Below, in pieces: positions 1 through 9,761 of a stretch of 40,269 nt of DNA. Origin of the DNA: an uncultured Spirochaetales bacterium. Its GTDB lineage: Bacteria > Spirochaetota > Spirochaetia > CAZPZF01. The translations under genes and the position numbers were made by a program. Position 1 is the first letter of the stretch; each line of letters opens with the position of its first letter. The DNA lies in the NCBI GenBank assembly GCA_964590705.1, contig CAZPZF010000002.1:1-40269 (forward strand), read 5' to 3'. A model generated the notes under the pieces. That model did not search any database, was not told the origin of the DNA, and worked only from the letters and a program-made list of their open reading frames with translations.

Positions 1-588
1 GGTCGTTTTCCAGGCGCAGTACCAGCCGCTGCCGCTCTCGAGCAGATCCCCCGCCTCCCATCCTGGTTCCGCGGTCTGAAGGGGGAAAGAAAAAGTCCGG
101 AGTCCGGGCTGATCCGGGGAAACCATGATCAGGGAGACCTTCGAGGGAGAGCCTTCCTGGGACAGAACGGTATCGTGATAGACCTGAACGAAACCCGTAC
201 CGCCCCTGCAGAAGACGCGCCCCAGGGTCATTCCAGCAAGGTGCCCTCGGTCATAGATCTGATTCGCTTCGAGAAAGTCGGGATGGTTCGCCTCGGCAAC
301 CAGGAATCCGTACCCGTTCACCGTCATATAGAGTTTCGATCCCATCTGCAGGAAACCGGAGATCCTCTCCTGAACGGTCCATGGCCTCATGGGGACGCGG
401 CAGTCGGATGGATCGGATATCGGGACAAGACGGCCCCGCTCAAGGACGAACCAGGAGATTCCCATATCGGTTCTCTCGGGTTGGGCGGCGGAACGGGGTT
501 CCCTGCCTCCGCACGAAGCGAGAAAGAGGAGAACGAGGGGCAATGGCAAAAAGAGCAACAAAAGAAAGGCAGGATGCCGTCGCCTCAT
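1..588 (-). CDS. hypothetical lipoprotein, N-terminal 196 codons (3' end lies beyond the left window edge)
   Basis: Absent from the ORF track because it is open at the window edge. My translation of the minus strand from the ATG at 588-586 gives MRRRHPAFLLLLFLPLPLVLLFLASCGGREPRS..., a signal peptide with lipobox L-A-S-C. The frame stays open to base 1. No family recognised. Confidence 0.55.
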   Translation of the reverse strand, partial: MRRRHPAFLLLLFLPLPLVLLFLASCGGREPRSAAQPERTDMGISWFVLERGRLVPISDPSDCRVPMRPWTVQERISGFLQMGSKLYMTVNGYGFLVAEANHPDFLEANQIYDRGHLAGMTLGRVFCRGGTGFVQVYHDTVLSQEGSPSKVSLIMVSPDQPGLRTFSFPLQTAEPGWEAGDLLESGSGWYCAWKTT

Positions 589-670
589 CGGGATACCCCC
601 TTTTGCATGCCACGTACGTACCGCCGGAGCGGCGCGGAAACCGCTTTCGTCATCCGGCCGACTGTGATCG

Positions 671-2098
671 TCAATAGGATTTCGCGAAAACGGCCCTGTA
701 CACGGCGTTTTTCCCGCAGATCGCGCAGGTTCCTTCGACACCGGTCTGGTCGAAGGGAAGGACTCGGATGGTGGCTTTCGTGTCATCCTTTACCTTCTGC
801 TCGCATGCGGCGCTTCCGCACCAGAGGGCTTCCGCGAAACCGCCCTCGCCCTCCAGGTACGCCCGCATCTCGTCCCATCCGGAAACGCGCCTGGTGTGTC
901 CGTTCCTAAAGTCCAGGGCGCGGTCGTAGAGAGACTTCTGTATGTCGGAGAGGAGCGTACGGACGGCATCGGCTCCCGACGTACGGGGCACAACGGTTTT
1001 TTCTCCCGTATCCCTGCGAACGAGGAGGATGTTACCCCCCTCCATGTCCCTGGGTCCGATCTCCACGCGCACGGGCACGCCCGCCAGCTCCCATTCGGAA
1101 AATTTCCAGCCGGGACTGTTGTTGTCGTCCTCGTCGATCGTCACCCTGAAGCGGGTCCGCAGCTCGTCGTAGACCGCGCGCGCGTACTCGAGGACCGCAC
1201 CCTTGTTCTGGTTCTTGAAGATCGGAATGATGACAGCCTCGATAGGTGCGAGTTTCGGGGGAATGACGAGCCCCTTGTCGTCGGAATGCGCCATAATGAG
1301 AGCGCCGATGAGCCGGGTCGAGACGCCCCACGACGTCGCCCACACATGCTCCAGGCCCCCCTCCCTGTTCTGGAACGTTACATCGAAGGCCTTCGCGAAA
1401 TTCTGGCCGAGGAAATGGGACGTTCCCGCCTGCAGGGCCTTGGTGTCCTGCATCATGGCCTCAATCGCATAGGTGGTGACCGCGCCCGCGAATTTCTCGG
1501 AATCGGACTTCCTTCCCGTCAGGACGGGGATGGCCATATATTCCTCCGCGAACCTCCGGTACACGTCGAGCATCTTCATCGCTTCCCGCTCCGCGTCCTC
1601 TGCCGTTTCGTGGGCGGTGTGCCCCTCCTGCCAGAGGAATTCCGTTGTCCGGAGGAACAGTCTGGTTCGCTTCTCCCAGCGGATGACATTGGCCCATTGG
1701 TTGATGAGGAGGGGGAGATCCCGGTAGGACTGGTTCCACTTCTTGTACATGCTCCAGATGATCGTCTCTGATGTTGGCCGAAGAACAAGAGGTTCTTCCA
1801 GTTCCTCTCCGCCCGCGTGCGTCACGACTGCCAATTCGGGAGAAAAGCCCTCCACATGCTCGGCCTCTTTCTTGATGAATCCTTCCGGAATAAGGAGGGG
1901 GAAATAGGCGTTCACGTGCCCCGTATCCTTGAACATCCCGTCGAGGACCTCCCTCATCCGTTCCCAGAGGGCGTATCCTCTCGGTCTGATGACCATGCAT
2001 CCCTTAACGGGAGCGTAATCCGCCAGTTTGCCTTGAATGACGATATCCACATACCACTGCGAATAGTTCTCTTTTCTCGGTGTTATTCGATCGGCCAT
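671..2098 (-). CDS. proS: prolyl-tRNA synthetase, archaeal/eukaryote-like class II type
   Basis: 475-aa ORF starting [46 protein letters not shown]. It has class II core motifs and no bacterial INS editing insertion. The C-terminus is Cys-rich ([10 protein letters not shown]...[18 protein letters not shown]), as in the short ProRS type. Confidence 0.93.
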   Translation of the reverse strand: MADRITPRKENYSQWYVDIVIQGKLADYAPVKGCMVIRPRGYALWERMREVLDGMFKDTGHVNAYFPLLIPEGFIKKEAEHVEGFSPELAVVTHAGGEELEEPLVLRPTSETIIWSMYKKWNQSYRDLPLLINQWANVIRWEKRTRLFLRTTEFLWQEGHTAHETAEDAEREAMKMLDVYRRFAEEYMAIPVLTGRKSDSEKFAGAVTTYAIEAMMQDTKALQAGTSHFLGQNFAKAFDVTFQNREGGLEHVWATSWGVSTRLIGALIMAHSDDKGLVIPPKLAPIEAVIIPIFKNQNKGAVLEYARAVYDELRTRFRVTIDEDDNNSPGWKFSEWELAGVPVRVEIGPRDMEGGNILLVRRDTGEKTVVPRTSGADAVRTLLSDIQKSLYDRALDFRNGHTRRVSGWDEMRAYLEGEGGFAEALWCGSAACEQKVKDDTKATIRVLPFDQTGVEGTCAICGKNAVYRAVFAKSY

Positions 2099-2173
2099 GG
2101 TTCCTCTGAAGTCGATAGGATGAAGCCATAGTACCCGGAAGAGGATATCTTAGTAAAGAGAAAGAGAGGTATT

Positions 2174-2205
2174 CCGGACGAGCCGACCGAGAGTCGGTCG
2201 TCCGG
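2174..2205 (-). terminator. putative intrinsic terminator of the 2224-2913 gene
   Basis: GC-rich hairpin CCGGACGA(G)CCGAC-cgagag-GTCGGTCGTCCGG, 18 nt past the stop codon. On the minus strand a T-rich tail (AATACCTCTCTTTCTCTTT) follows. Confidence 0.45.
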
Positions 2206-2223
2206 TAAACGATCTCGACGGTC

Positions 2224-2913
2224 TTAGAACATCATCGATTCGATCATGAACCGAACGTTGTTCCCGCTCGTGTCGAGCTCGTCTCTCTCGACCACGAAGA
2301 TCAGGGATTTCTGGTCAGGGGTGACGATGATCTGGCGTATCCGATACCTGATCACGCCGGGCCGCTTGTACCCGGGATTCCCCACCACGAATTCCCTCTT
2401 CGATCCTTCCGCAGGACCCTGAATCGTCACTTTAATCGAGAAGGACGAGCTGATATTCTTTCCCTCTCCGGTGCTGCTCTGGACAAGAGAGACCGAATAC
2501 GACAGATTCGACTGGAAATCGCGGAATTCGAGGGTCTCCTTAGGCTCCTGTCCGTTGAGGAGGATATAGAGTGGGCGGCCCGTATTGAGATGGTCGATCT
2601 TGCATTTCGTCACCTCCGCGGAAGCGGACCTGAGCAGGGTGAACAGCGCGCCCATCCCATCATGGCCGGGGTAGGAGAGGGTCTCGAAGACATTCTTCTT
2701 CGCCCCGCCGGACACGAAGGCGTTTGCCTTCACGTCGACGATATAGGTTTCGGCATAGGGGTATGACTCCCTTTCCGTAAGTCCGTATTGAGCGAACATG
2801 AAGAATCGGGAATCCGCCGAAAAACCGAGATTCACGAATGTCGCTACATCGCCTGCCGATACAGTCGAAGCGAGAACGAATAGAAATGCCATGATCGAGA
2901 GAGATCTCTTCAT
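2224..2913 (-). CDS. secreted hypothetical protein, DUF2259-like (tentative)
   Basis: The ORF track gives 2224-3015. I prefer the internal ATG at 2913, which gives MKRSLSIMAFLFVLASTVSAGD, a clean signal peptide. The segment FVNLGFSADSRFFMFAQYGLTERESYPYAETYIVDV resembles the DUF2259 predicted-secreted family as I remember it. Confidence 0.65.
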   Translation of the reverse strand: MKRSLSIMAFLFVLASTVSAGDVATFVNLGFSADSRFFMFAQYGLTERESYPYAETYIVDVKANAFVSGGAKKNVFETLSYPGHDGMGALFTLLRSASAEVTKCKIDHLNTGRPLYILLNGQEPKETLEFRDFQSNLSYSVSLVQSSTGEGKNISSSFSIKVTIQGPAEGSKREFVVGNPGYKRPGVIRYRIRQIIVTPDQKSLIFVVERDELDTSGNNVRFMIESMMF

Positions 2914-2992
2914 ATATGGTACCTCTCTTTCAATATCGAACCTTTTTTTCGTTCCTGTAGAGGCATTTTTCAAAAAGGAGTAGTATTGCTGC

Positions 2993-3793
2993 ATGACATT
3001 GAAGCAGAGAAACATCCTGCTCGCCGGAGGTCTCGCGGTATCCGCGTTCCTGTTTATCCTCTTCTTGTATCAACTCATCGCGATCATGGGGGAACTGCCG
3101 CGGCCGGGAATCGTTTCGTTCTTCACGGACCGGGGTCCATCCGGCGCTCGACGCACTTTCCCGATATTCGGTGAAAGCCTCTACTCCGTTTCGGCGGGCT
3201 TCATCCTGTTCTTCTTCTTCAGAAAAACCAAGTCCGTGGAGATCTTCTTCTTCCTCCTCTTCGTTTTCTCCATCTCGTTCGAAGGGATGAAAATCGTCAT
3301 CGCCCGCATCTCCCTCAATAGCGGGTCGCCAGTTCTCGGCATGACAATCACCAGACTGATATACGGAGCCAGGATCTTCGGTACGGGATGCGTTCTCGCC
3401 TCCGGGCTGCATGTCCATATGGGGAAGTATCAGAAACTCGACTTCATCCTATACACCATCCTCCTGCTCGCCTTCACCTTCGCCTCTCTGATTCCGATAG
3501 ACGCGAGCGGTATCACGCCGGGGGGGCTCTTGCGTTCCAGCAGCCACTTCATCGTGACTGTACCGTGCCTGATCTCCGAATGCGGGGCGGTGTTAAGTTT
3601 CCTCATCTATGGGAGGGAGAGCAAGGCCAAGGAATACCAGATAATGGGGGCCGCGCTCGCCCTCGTGATAGCGGGAAGATTTCTCCTCACCCTGAACCTC
3701 GGAACTGTACCGTCCCTTTTCGGGCTCGCATCCCTCTCCACGGGAACGCTGCTTTTTGCGCTCGAGACGCACTCCGTCTATCTCTGGTTGTGA
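2993..3793 (+). CDS. polytopic membrane protein, unknown function
   Basis: 266-aa ORF with about 7-8 hydrophobic segments (LLAGGLAVSAFLFILFLYQLIAI, FILFFFF, IFFFLLFVFSISF, ILYTILLLAFTFASLI and others). Divergent from the 2224-2913 gene. No family recognised. Confidence 0.6.
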   Translation: MTLKQRNILLAGGLAVSAFLFILFLYQLIAIMGELPRPGIVSFFTDRGPSGARRTFPIFGESLYSVSAGFILFFFFRKTKSVEIFFFLLFVFSISFEGMKIVIARISLNSGSPVLGMTITRLIYGARIFGTGCVLASGLHVHMGKYQKLDFILYTILLLAFTFASLIPIDASGITPGGLLRSSSHFIVTVPCLISECGAVLSFLIYGRESKAKEYQIMGAALALVIAGRFLLTLNLGTVPSLFGLASLSTGTLLFALETHSVYLWL

Positions 3794-3841
3794 GGAATCG
3801 AGCTATTCGGGGTCAGGAGATCCGCGGTATATGAGCAGGGC

Positions 3842-4474
3842 TTAGATATATCCCAGCAACATAGACGCCGCCAGGCCGGTCCCTACGGGGACGACGATAT
3901 TGTCTACGTCTCCCGTGGGAAGGGCTTCGAGAAGGGTTGCCACAAACCCGATGGCCGCGGCGATCTCAAGAGAGCCGGTGAGCCTGAAGGAGACCCAGGT
4001 CACGACCACGAAACAGGCGAGGCTTCCCGCGAGGGTTTTTCCACCCGTGAAGGGAATGCGGACACGACCGAAGAGCTTGCCGATGATGCTCGAGAAGCTG
4101 TCCCCAAGGGCGAGGGCGAATATGGCAAGGGTCGCGGCTGGGTGGGGATACAGAAGCAACGCGATCATAGCGCCGATCCCGAGGGTGACAGGCCCTAAAA
4201 CGAAACGTCCCCTGTCCCGCTCGCGTGAAGCGGCCAGCGTGAGGCGGGAAATGACAGTACCTCCGCCTCCGGAAAGGCGGAAGTATTCGGAAAAACTATA
4301 GATGAGGATTCCGGATGCGAGTACGAACACCGTTACCGTCTTGCTGTAATAAGCAATAATGGGAACCAGCGCTACCAGCATATGAATTGATTTCCTGATC
4401 AGCTCGGTTTCTATCTCACGTCGACCGACCGTTTTTACAGGAAATCTCGGAATTGTCGTCGTTGTTCGTTCCAT
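3842..4474 (-). CDS. polyprenol/dolichol/phytol kinase-like protein (CTP-dependent kinase, CDP-diglyceride synthase superfamily)
   Basis: 210-aa membrane protein. Contains IRKSIHMLVALVPIIAYY and the motif GDSFSSIIGKLFGRVRIPFTGGKTLAGSLA, typical of the SEC59/DGK1/VTE5-type family. Confidence 0.75.
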   Translation of the reverse strand: MERTTTTIPRFPVKTVGRREIETELIRKSIHMLVALVPIIAYYSKTVTVFVLASGILIYSFSEYFRLSGGGGTVISRLTLAASRERDRGRFVLGPVTLGIGAMIALLLYPHPAATLAIFALALGDSFSSIIGKLFGRVRIPFTGGKTLAGSLACFVVVTWVSFRLTGSLEIAAAIGFVATLLEALPTGDVDNIVVPVGTGLAASMLLGYI

Positions 4475-4522
4475 ATTTCTTTAGTACACCGCTTCTGTTT
4501 AAGATATACTTCACCCTATTAT

Positions 4523-4539
4523 TGCAGAAAGCGTGCCAA
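4523..4539 (-). promoter_or_regulatory. sigma-54 (-24/-12) type promoter upstream of the 3842-4474 gene
   Basis: The minus strand of 4539-4523 reads TTGGCACGCTTTCTGCA, i.e. TGGCAC-N5-CTGCA, against the consensus TGGCAC-N5-TTGCA. The GG and GC elements have canonical spacing. The -12 GC lies about 50 nt upstream of the ATG at 4474, in an AT-rich 237-bp spacer. Confidence 0.5.
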
Positions 4540-4671
4540 CAGAAGCAGTTCGGTAACAAGGAAATAATTCCCGCAAAGATAAGCAGTTAAGAAACCATCT
4601 AATGTCGGATTTGAGTGTTTTTCCGTAAAGTATGATTAACTATACCTTTATTTTCACAATTCGCTATTATA

Positions 4672-4687
4672 CGTCCGGACACGGACG
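4672..4687 (-). terminator. weak hairpin downstream of the cheY / CoA-binding gene pair
   Basis: Perfect 6-bp stem CGTCCG-gaca-CGGACG, 25 nt past the stop at 4712. On the minus strand it is followed by A/T-rich sequence rather than a clean U-tract. Confidence 0.3.
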
Positions 4688-4711
4688 CTCTGTCAGACGG
4701 GATTGGCGAGT

Positions 4712-5080
4712 TCAGAACCTGCCGGAATTGAGCAGCACGAGCGTACAATTTTTGAGAACCGGTATTCCGGCCTCTGCGAGCCGTTTCTCCAGGCTCTCCG
4801 ATTCCGTTCCCGGGTTGAGAATCACCCTTTTCGGCTTGAGACCGACCATCTGGTCTGTCAGGGGAAGGGATCGTTCCGGAGCGAGGTAAACCGTAAGCGT
4901 ATCGACCGATTCCCGGATATCCGAAAGCGCGGAAAGAACGGGAACGCCGTCAAGAGAGCTCAATCCGGGATTGACGGGAATGACACGGTATCCGTGCTTC
5001 CGAAGAAGAGTGAACGCCTTGTTCGAGAATTTGTCCGGTTTATCGCTCGCGCCCAGCACGACGACTGTTTTCCCATTCAT
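4712..5080 (-). CDS. CoA-binding domain protein (YccU/YneT-like)
   Basis: MNGKTVVVLGASDKPDKFSNKAFTLLRKHGYRVIPVNPG...DTLTVYL matches the small CoA-binding family. I chose the ATG at 5080 because the longer ORF (to 5173) would overlap the cheY 3' end. Confidence 0.75.
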   Translation of the reverse strand: MNGKTVVVLGASDKPDKFSNKAFTLLRKHGYRVIPVNPGLSSLDGVPVLSALSDIRESVDTLTVYLAPERSLPLTDQMVGLKPKRVILNPGTESESLEKRLAEAGIPVLKNCTLVLLNSGRF

Positions 5081-5109
5081 GGCGGCTTCCCCGGATGCGT
5101 GTTCCTGCG

Positions 5110-5472
5110 TCATCCGCAGACCTTCTTGATGGCGGCCAGAAGCTTGTCTGTGCTGAAAGGCTTGACGATCCAACCGGTTGCTCCGGCGGCTCTGCCCTCT
5201 TCCATGACGCTCTTCTGGGACTCGGTCGTGAGAACGAGGATGGGGATGAACTTGTTCGCCGCGTTCTCTCTGACCTTCTTGATGAAACCGATTCCGTCAA
5301 GATTCGGCATGTTCACGTCGCTGATGATGAGATCGACGGGTCCGCTGGATAGTTTGTCGATGCCGTCCATCCCATCGCAGGCCTCAACCACCTCGAATTC
5401 GTTCTGCTCAAGAACGAATTTGATGCTCTGCCTGATTGCCTTGGAGTCGTCAACAACAAGTACCTTTTTCAT
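5110..5472 (-). CDS. cheY: single-domain CheY-like response regulator
   Basis: MKKVLVVDDSKAIRQSIKFVLEQ...DLIISDVNMPNLDGIGFIKKVR...ILVLTTE...GATGWIVKPF. It has the acidic pocket DD, the phospho-acceptor D, and the T and K residues. About 120 aa with no output domain. Confidence 0.8.
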   Translation of the reverse strand: MKKVLVVDDSKAIRQSIKFVLEQNEFEVVEACDGMDGIDKLSSGPVDLIISDVNMPNLDGIGFIKKVRENAANKFIPILVLTTESQKSVMEEGRAAGATGWIVKPFSTDKLLAAIKKVCG

Positions 5473-5557
5473 TCCGCTACCATACACCTAAGAGTGATCA
5501 TGAATCAATAATGATACACAATCCGATGTATTTCCAGTCCCCGCGATCTTTTTTTCG

Positions 5558-6547
5558 TCATGATATGACGGCGCATAACTCCTGGATAGAGGAGAAAGTC
5601 CGCAGCCGGACGATCGCCTTGTTCTGTATCTGGCGCACCCGTTCCCTCGTGATTCCGAGGATCTGCCCGATCTCCTCCAGGGTCAGAGGAGCCTGGCCGT
5701 TCAAACCGTACCTGTACTGGATGATCTGCTGTTCGCGTTCGGATAACAGGGAGAGCGCCTTCTCCAGGATCTCGTGTATGGTATGTTCAAAAACATCCTC
5801 GAAAGGGCCAGCGTATTCGTCGTTGCAGATGAGATCGGAAAGGCTGGTCACGTTTTCATCATCGACCGTCGTGTCGAGAGAGGCGGTTTCGCCGCTGAAA
5901 TCCATGACCCTGCTCACCTTCGCAGAAGGAAGATCCATGTATGTCGCGATCTCCGTGGTGCTTGGGTCACGTCCCAGCTCCTGGGTGAGGTACTTGGATA
6001 TGGAAAAACACTTCTTCATGGTGTTGAGGACGTGGATGGGGATCCTGATGGTCCTTCCCTTGTCGGCGAGGGCCTTGATGATGGCCTGCTGGATCCACCA
6101 GGTCCCATAGGTGGAGAACTTGCAGCCCTTGGTATAATCGAAGCGTTCCGCCGCCTCGATCAGTCCGATATTTCCCTCGTTGATGAGGTCGAGAAGGCCG
6201 AGGCCGCGATGCTGGTACCTCTTGGCGATGGAGACCACAAGGCGAAGGTTCGCGTTCACCATCCTGTTTCTTTCCCGCCCGAGGTTTGTCTCGGCCCTTG
6301 CTTTCCGCTCGCGGTATTCCCCGAAGCTGATCTTCTCAGCCTTATATTCAGCCTCGAGATCCAGCAGGTACCTCTTCCATGTCTGGATCGCCTTACCAAT
6401 CTCCATTTCCTCGTTTTTCTTGAGAAGGGGGTAACAGGAGATCTGCTTCAGATAGAGGGAGAGGGAATCCGCGTCTCCGGAAAACGACGCGTGTCCCGAG
6501 AGGTCCTGTTCCGTAAACCGTTCGGAAACCTTTCTACTGTTTTCCAT
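5558..6547 (-). CDS. sigma-70 family sigma factor (RpoD/RpoS-like, short)
   Basis: Region 1.2 is [21 protein letters not shown]. Region 2 is [57 protein letters not shown]. Region 4 is [15 protein letters not shown]...[28 protein letters not shown]. Confidence 0.85.
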   Translation of the reverse strand: MENSRKVSERFTEQDLSGHASFSGDADSLSLYLKQISCYPLLKKNEEMEIGKAIQTWKRYLLDLEAEYKAEKISFGEYRERKARAETNLGRERNRMVNANLRLVVSIAKRYQHRGLGLLDLINEGNIGLIEAAERFDYTKGCKFSTYGTWWIQQAIIKALADKGRTIRIPIHVLNTMKKCFSISKYLTQELGRDPSTTEIATYMDLPSAKVSRVMDFSGETASLDTTVDDENVTSLSDLICNDEYAGPFEDVFEHTIHEILEKALSLLSEREQQIIQYRYGLNGQAPLTLEEIGQILGITRERVRQIQNKAIVRLRTFSSIQELCAVIS

Positions 6548-6663
6548 ACCGTTTTACTCCTTGCCTTTCTCTTTCTTTCTGTCTGTACTATCAACCGGCA
6601 AGGAATGGGGAACAATCGGGGTTTCCTGACACTTTGCATAGGGTTTTCCCCTATATGGGGAAA

Positions 6664-8748
6664 TTACAATACAATCCGATGGAGGGGGCGAGGTACGGCG
6701 GCGAACGGGAGGGACGGTTTTCCATTGAGGAGATATTCGCCGGCGTCCGGGGTAACGACAAAGAGGACCGTTCCTTTCGGGGTTTTCTCGTGAAGGAGGA
6801 TATCAACGCGCCGGCCTGAAATGTCAACGCCGGCCGTCTCGGCTCCGGGAAACAGGCGATCCGATCCGGCCACGGCCGGTCCGTGTTCGGGGACGGAGAA
6901 GAGACAGCGGGAGGCAAAGGGCGGCAGAAAAACGAGACACCCTCCCGCGAGGATTCCCCCGTCCATAAACCAGTGTCCCTCGGGAAGGCGGACGGACCTG
7001 CCGTCCGAGGAGAGATTCGCGATACAGCGATAGAGGCCATTCCCGATCGAGAAATCGACGGAACAGAAACCTCGATCACACTCGACGCGGAGGATCCGTT
7101 TGGGTCTGACGGGAAACTGGGATTCGTAGAGCTTGCGGCATTCCGGGCCGTACTCAGCCGGATTGTCGGAGACGAGGAGCAGCCCCCCGAACAGCTGGTT
7201 TAGAAGGAAAAGTGTCTTTCTCTGCTCCAGAGAGAGTGCATGCCCCGTTTCACGAAGGATGGAGACATCGGGATCGTTCATGAATACCTTCCCTAAAAGG
7301 GGATGGCGGCCGATCGTGCTCGCCAGCGAATTGATCGTGGAGACCCGTTCGCGGTATCTCAGGAAGGAAAGCCGCCTGTCCTCCCATTTCAAGGCGACGT
7401 CCGAACCGATTCTGCAGTATTCGAAGCGCCCGAACGCGGACCCCAGAGGAACGCCGCAGCCGAGAATCGGGACGTCTCCCGCGGCCTCCCGCAGAAAGTC
7501 GACGGCCCTGGCCATGGCTCCGCCCCGGGTCTCGCGGCCGGAGTCGCCTAGCGCCGCGGCGTACAGGAAGTCGAGTTTCAGGAAACGGTATCCCCACTCC
7601 TCGACGATCGTGCGGAAAACATCCACCAAATAGCCTCTCACCTCTTTGTTTTCCAGATCGAGGGCATAGAAGAGTCCGCCCCAGTTGAACGGGTTGTTTC
7701 CAGCCTCGACGGGTTTACCGCCGCGGTCCCGCATGACCCAGTCCGGGTGCTCCCGCAACAGGATCGACCGACCCTCCGCCACTAAAGGAGCAAGCCAAAG
7801 CCCTGGAAGATATCCGGCGTCGGAGATCCGTCGGGCCAAGTCCTTCATTCCGCCCGGGAACTTCGAATTGACGACGAGCCAGTCGCCGACCGCGTTCTGC
7901 CATCCGTCGTCTATCTGGATCAAGTCTATGGGAAAGCCGCTTCCAGAGAATCCGTTGAGAGCGGCAACGACGTCATGTTCGGTGACTTTTTCATAGTGCC
8001 GATACCAGCTCGTCCAGCCCGTGAGGATCGCCCTTTCCTGCCGGGGGATGCCCAGATCCTGCCGGTAAGAGTCGAAAACCGTTTCGATCGTTCCCCGCCT
8101 CTCCACGAAGTCCAAACCACGGTAGGTTCCGTCTATCCGATGCCCGCCGCAGTCTCTTGAAACGGAAAGAGAACCCCGTCTCCCGTTCCATGTGAAGAGG
8201 GTGAAGCCCTCCCTTTCCCCAAGGGAACCGAAGAACCTGATCGTGTCCGTTTCGGCCCTGCGGAGGTAGGAGTGGGTATACGAATGAAAGACGCCGCGTC
8301 GCCGTGGGTACCGATGAAAGAAGGCGTCCCCCATCTTGGCCAACCGGTATTTCCCGCTCCAGTGAGAGAACAGGGGCCTCATCCCTCGCATGGCCTCCCC
8401 GGGGGAGAACTCACGCGAATCCGTCCATGATTGGTACCCGTTGGCAAAGAAGCGGAGATCCGCGCCGGTTTCGGGCTCCAGGACGATTTCAACCTCGCCG
8501 AGGATGAGCGGCTCGCCGGGTTCCAGAACGAGGGCCACTCTAACCCCCTCGCCCGCCGCGCGAGTCGAAAGAATCGCGGTCAGGGGCCCGTCCGAAAAAC
8601 GCCGGTCCGCGGCTGATACGGGAACAGACTCGGGCGCGAGTGCCGCCTCCCGAACAACCCCGCGCGCGGGCGGAGACGCGGAGAACCGGAGCTCCTTCCA
8701 GCTTCCGTCGCGGGAGCGTTCGGGTATGTAGCGTATCTTCCCTTTCAT
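6664..8748 (-). CDS. glycoside hydrolase family 36 alpha-galactosidase-like enzyme
   Basis: 694 aa with GWTSWY, DLIQIDDGWQ, GYLPGLWLAP, WGYRFLKLDFLY and FMNDPD motifs, characteristic of GH36 melibiase/raffinose-type enzymes. No signal peptide. Confidence 0.75.
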   Translation of the reverse strand: MKGKIRYIPERSRDGSWKELRFSASPPARGVVREAALAPESVPVSAADRRFSDGPLTAILSTRAAGEGVRVALVLEPGEPLILGEVEIVLEPETGADLRFFANGYQSWTDSREFSPGEAMRGMRPLFSHWSGKYRLAKMGDAFFHRYPRRRGVFHSYTHSYLRRAETDTIRFFGSLGEREGFTLFTWNGRRGSLSVSRDCGGHRIDGTYRGLDFVERRGTIETVFDSYRQDLGIPRQERAILTGWTSWYRHYEKVTEHDVVAALNGFSGSGFPIDLIQIDDGWQNAVGDWLVVNSKFPGGMKDLARRISDAGYLPGLWLAPLVAEGRSILLREHPDWVMRDRGGKPVEAGNNPFNWGGLFYALDLENKEVRGYLVDVFRTIVEEWGYRFLKLDFLYAAALGDSGRETRGGAMARAVDFLREAAGDVPILGCGVPLGSAFGRFEYCRIGSDVALKWEDRRLSFLRYRERVSTINSLASTIGRHPLLGKVFMNDPDVSILRETGHALSLEQRKTLFLLNQLFGGLLLVSDNPAEYGPECRKLYESQFPVRPKRILRVECDRGFCSVDFSIGNGLYRCIANLSSDGRSVRLPEGHWFMDGGILAGGCLVFLPPFASRCLFSVPEHGPAVAGSDRLFPGAETAGVDISGRRVDILLHEKTPKGTVLFVVTPDAGEYLLNGKPSLPFAAVPRPLHRIVL

Positions 8749-9758
8749 TGCAGTTTTTTCCGTACCTTTCTCGACGACTCTTTCCTCTGACGGCGCTCCT
8801 TCTCGAGGGCCGTAAGGCGTTCGTGCCTTCGCCGGCCGTATACGAGGAGATAGGCTCCCGCGGCCGTCATGAGAAGACAGAGGATCTGGCCCGTGGAGAT
8901 GTTGAGGAACGAAGAGAACAGGTGCGTCGCCTCCGGGTTCGGGCCAAGGGCGATGATGAAACCGAGATCTCGGTCAGGTTCGCGGAAATACTCGATAAAG
9001 AAACGGATGACCCCGTATCCGATGAGGTAGAAGCCGAAGACCTGGCCGTCGTATCGCTTCCTCTTCCTCACGACGAACCACAGGAACAGCCAGAGGACGA
9101 CGCCCTCGAACAGCGCCTCGTAGAGCTGAGAGGGATGCCGGGGAAGATTGACCCGGGAGCCAAGGGCGGCGATGTCCATTCCCGCCTGCTCCATGAAGCG
9201 AACGACCCACGGCTGGCTCTTCGGGAAGGATGGCGCAAGGGGAAAGCCCATGCCCCACGGCGCCGCGGTCACCCTGCCCCACAGCTCTCCGTTGATGAAA
9301 TTGCCGAGCCTGCCGAACGTGTAGCCGAGAGGGATGCCGGCAGCCGTGAGATCCGCCCATTGGAGGAAGGAATACTTCCGCTTCCGGCAGTAGAGGACCG
9401 CGGCGACCGCGGCGCCTATGGCCCCGCCATGGTACGACATGCCGGAAAGCCCAACCAACCGCATGTTCCGGTCAAAAGGCCAGAAGATCAACCATGGTTT
9501 CCTGAGGAAAGTTCCGCCCGGATCGTACAGGGTCGTGGCGAGCAGCCGCGCGCCCAGGATGAGGCCGAGGATGACCCAGAAGAAATAGTTCAACACGTCG
9601 TCCTGGGAATAGGGAAGCTTCCGCTCCCTGACCTGGAAACGAAGCAGGAGATAGGCAACGGCAAAGGCGAACAGATACATCAGGCCATACCAATGTACGG
9701 GGAGGCCGGGGATGATCGTCGGCGAAAGCCATGAGGGAAAGGAAACGAACGCGAGCAT
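8745..9758 (-). CDS. lgt: prolipoprotein diacylglyceryl transferase
   Basis: Contains IPGLPVHWYGLMYLFAFAVAYLL, SGMSYHGGAIGAAVA, FGRLGNFINGELWGR and HPSQLYEALFEG. Its TGA overlaps the ATG of the downstream gene in an ATGA at 8745-8748. Confidence 0.9.
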   Translation of the reverse strand: MLAFVSFPSWLSPTIIPGLPVHWYGLMYLFAFAVAYLLLRFQVRERKLPYSQDDVLNYFFWVILGLILGARLLATTLYDPGGTFLRKPWLIFWPFDRNMRLVGLSGMSYHGGAIGAAVAAVLYCRKRKYSFLQWADLTAAGIPLGYTFGRLGNFINGELWGRVTAAPWGMGFPLAPSFPKSQPWVVRFMEQAGMDIAALGSRVNLPRHPSQLYEALFEGVVLWLFLWFVVRKRKRYDGQVFGFYLIGYGVIRFFIEYFREPDRDLGFIIALGPNPEATHLFSSFLNISTGQILCLLMTAAGAYLLVYGRRRHERLTALEKERRQRKESSRKVRKKLQ

Positions 9759-9761
9759 GGC

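Noticed and set aside
2914-3015. N-terminal extension of the 2224-3015 ORF (MFLCFNVMQQYYSFLKN...).
   Set aside because: The internal Met at 2913 yields a canonical signal peptide. The extension overlaps the divergent gene start at 2993 and lies in AT-rich promoter-like sequence.
5774-6793. 339-aa ORF antisense to the sigma factor gene. Also 8640-9734 (antisense to lgt), 13653-14434 (several ORFs over the ATPase and membrane genes) and 175-909.
   Set aside because: All overlap genes with strong family signatures on the other strand or frame. Their translations are Arg/Pro/Gly-biased without motifs.
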